A DNA stretch of 55,840 nt from Nitrospirota bacterium (GTDB lineage Bacteria > Nitrospirota > UBA9217): the NCBI GenBank assembly GCA_029858565.1, contig JAOUEV010000016.1, positions 1 to 55,840 of the forward strand, written 5' to 3'. Shown here in pieces: positions 54,445-55,840 of this stretch. The notes under the pieces are model-generated. The model was not told the origin of the DNA, ran no database searches, and was given only the letters and a program-made list of their open reading frames with translations. Position numbers and translations under genes: made by a program. The first letter of the stretch is position 1. The number at the start of each line of letters is the position of its first letter.

Positions 54445-55548
54445 ATGAATTTCTTCTCGTTGTTTTTTTCCATAATTGTCGCTCTTATCCTCTATTCCCA
54501 CGCCATCGCCGAGATCAAGGTGATCGAGGCGGACAGCTCCTATGTCATAGGCGACAATGACAGCAAGGTGGATGCCCGCAGGATCGCGACCCAGGAAGCC
54601 AAGCGCAAGGCCCTGGAGCAGGCCGGGACCTTCGTAGCAAGCCTGACGCAGGTGAAGGAATACCGGCTTTCGAAAGACGAGGTGACCGCGTACACCGCGG
54701 GCATTGTAGAGGCCGAGACCATCAGCGATGAGACGCGCGGCAGCCTCCAGCATCCCGAGGCCTACATCAGGATCAGGTGCAGGATCGACACGGACGTGCT
54801 GGTGCAGCAGATCGCCAGGTATCAGGAGAACCAGGAGCTCCGCGACCAGCTCCAGGCCTCGGCAAAAGAGCAGGAAGCGCTGCGCAGGGAGCGCGACACC
54901 CTCGCAGGGCAGCTTGCCGCTGAAAAGGATAAAACAAAGACCGCTGAAACCCGGAAAAAGCTCGGCTCAGTCCTTACCCGGGAAGAGAACATCGACGCCA
55001 CGAACCGGGTCTGGGCGCGAGTTGCTCCGCAAATGGATTTTTACGGCAGTTCCGAGATAAACAAGGAGGTCAGGCTCGGCGACCTTCAGGATAGCGCGGT
55101 GGTCCTTGTCAAAGCTGTCGAGGACAATCCCTCGAACCAGCAGGCGCGCATCCTGCTGGCTTCGGTCTATGAACAGCAGAACGACCGCCCTGCGGCTGAG
55201 CAGCAGCTCAGAAGCGCCCTGGAACTGGACCGGAACAATACGTTACTGCGCCTCCGGCTCGGCATCGTGCTGAGGGAACAGGGCAAATTCCACGAAGCGC
55301 TCCAGGAGTTCCGCGCGATCGAACAAAAGCGGCCCTACCACCCCCAGATGCTCTTCCAGACCGGACTCACGCACCTGGCCATGAAGAACTGCCGGCTTGC
55401 CGGCGCCTACATGAAGCGTTTCCTGCTGTTCACGAAGAAGAGCCGTTCACCCCAGATCGAAAAGGTCAAACCGCGGGCAAAAGAGATCCTGGACAGATGC
55501 GGGGAACCGAAACCGGAGAAAAGGTCCGGCCGCAAGCCGCGCCGTTAG
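54445..55548 (+). CDS. Secreted protein with LPP20/FlgT-N-like domain, coiled coil and TPRs
   Basis: Signal peptide; ARRIATQEAKRKALEQAG; C-terminal TPR-like helices. Confidence 0.75.
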   Translation: MNFFSLFFSIIVALILYSHAIAEIKVIEADSSYVIGDNDSKVDARRIATQEAKRKALEQAGTFVASLTQVKEYRLSKDEVTAYTAGIVEAETISDETRGSLQHPEAYIRIRCRIDTDVLVQQIARYQENQELRDQLQASAKEQEALRRERDTLAGQLAAEKDKTKTAETRKKLGSVLTREENIDATNRVWARVAPQMDFYGSSEINKEVRLGDLQDSAVVLVKAVEDNPSNQQARILLASVYEQQNDRPAAEQQLRSALELDRNNTLLRLRLGIVLREQGKFHEALQEFRAIEQKRPYHPQMLFQTGLTHLAMKNCRLAGAYMKRFLLFTKKSRSPQIEKVKPRAKEILDRCGEPKPEKRSGRKPRR

Positions 55549-55565
55549 AGCAACGGAGAAAAATC

Positions 55566-55840
55566 ATGATGAATATATTCATAGCCCTTTTCTCGGCCAG
55601 TGCGCTCCTTTTCCTGCAGACTCCGGCCTTCGCCGCCCTGAAAACGATCGAGGCCGAGAACTTGTACCATATGGGCGACAACGACAGCAAGCTTGACGCC
55701 CGGCGCATCTCCACGCAGGAGGCGAAGCGGAAAGCGCTGGAACTGGCAGGCACCTATGTCGCCAGCCTGACCGAGGTGAAGGACTACCGCCTCACAAAAG
55801 ACGAAGTTACTGCCTATACCGCGGGGATCATCGAGACCGA
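55566..55840 (+). CDS. Tandem paralog of the preceding gene (runs off the window)
   Basis: GDNDSKLDARRISTQEAKRKALELAGTYVASLTEVKDYRLTKDEVTAYTAGI is nearly identical to the upstream N-terminal domain. Confidence 0.85.
   Translation, partial: MMNIFIALFSASALLFLQTPAFAALKTIEAENLYHMGDNDSKLDARRISTQEAKRKALELAGTYVASLTEVKDYRLTKDEVTAYTAGIIET

Overview
This is a GC-rich bacterial chromosomal segment; the gene style suggests Nitrospirota or a deltaproteobacterial lineage (inference only). The housekeeping backbone comprises rph, a TPP-riboswitch-led thiS-orf-thiG-thiE-thiC-M23-thiD operon, cobU-cobS-cobC, tRNA-Gly(CCC), fdx-trxA-tlpA, addB/addA, endoQ, a MoxR-DUF58-transglutaminase trio, a leuA-centred minus-strand cluster, glgC and gpsA. 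Five accessory layers sit on top of it. (1) Two AT-rich islands (~845-2700 and ~29460-33410) are built like integron cassettes with degenerate attC sites and no integrase; the second carries a Pif1-like helicase, a Lit/U49-like metalloprotease and a Zn-ribbon HEPN protein, making it a candidate anti-phage array, with GTAG REP doublets at its junctions. (2) A REP-associated tyrosine transposase with three REPs is wedged between addB and addA. (3) Many intergenic gaps hold short inverted or periodic repeat elements (9-mer, 7-mer, CGTC, CCCCTC and TIR-MITE types), some of which reach into gene ends. (4) A leaderless 28-aa leader peptide with complete 1:2/2:3/3:4 attenuator structure precedes a tam-like gene and leuA. 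(5) There are TA-like pairs, four broken genes and a stand-alone SecA-NBD2-like protein. All family assignments come from motif recognition by eye; no database search was run.
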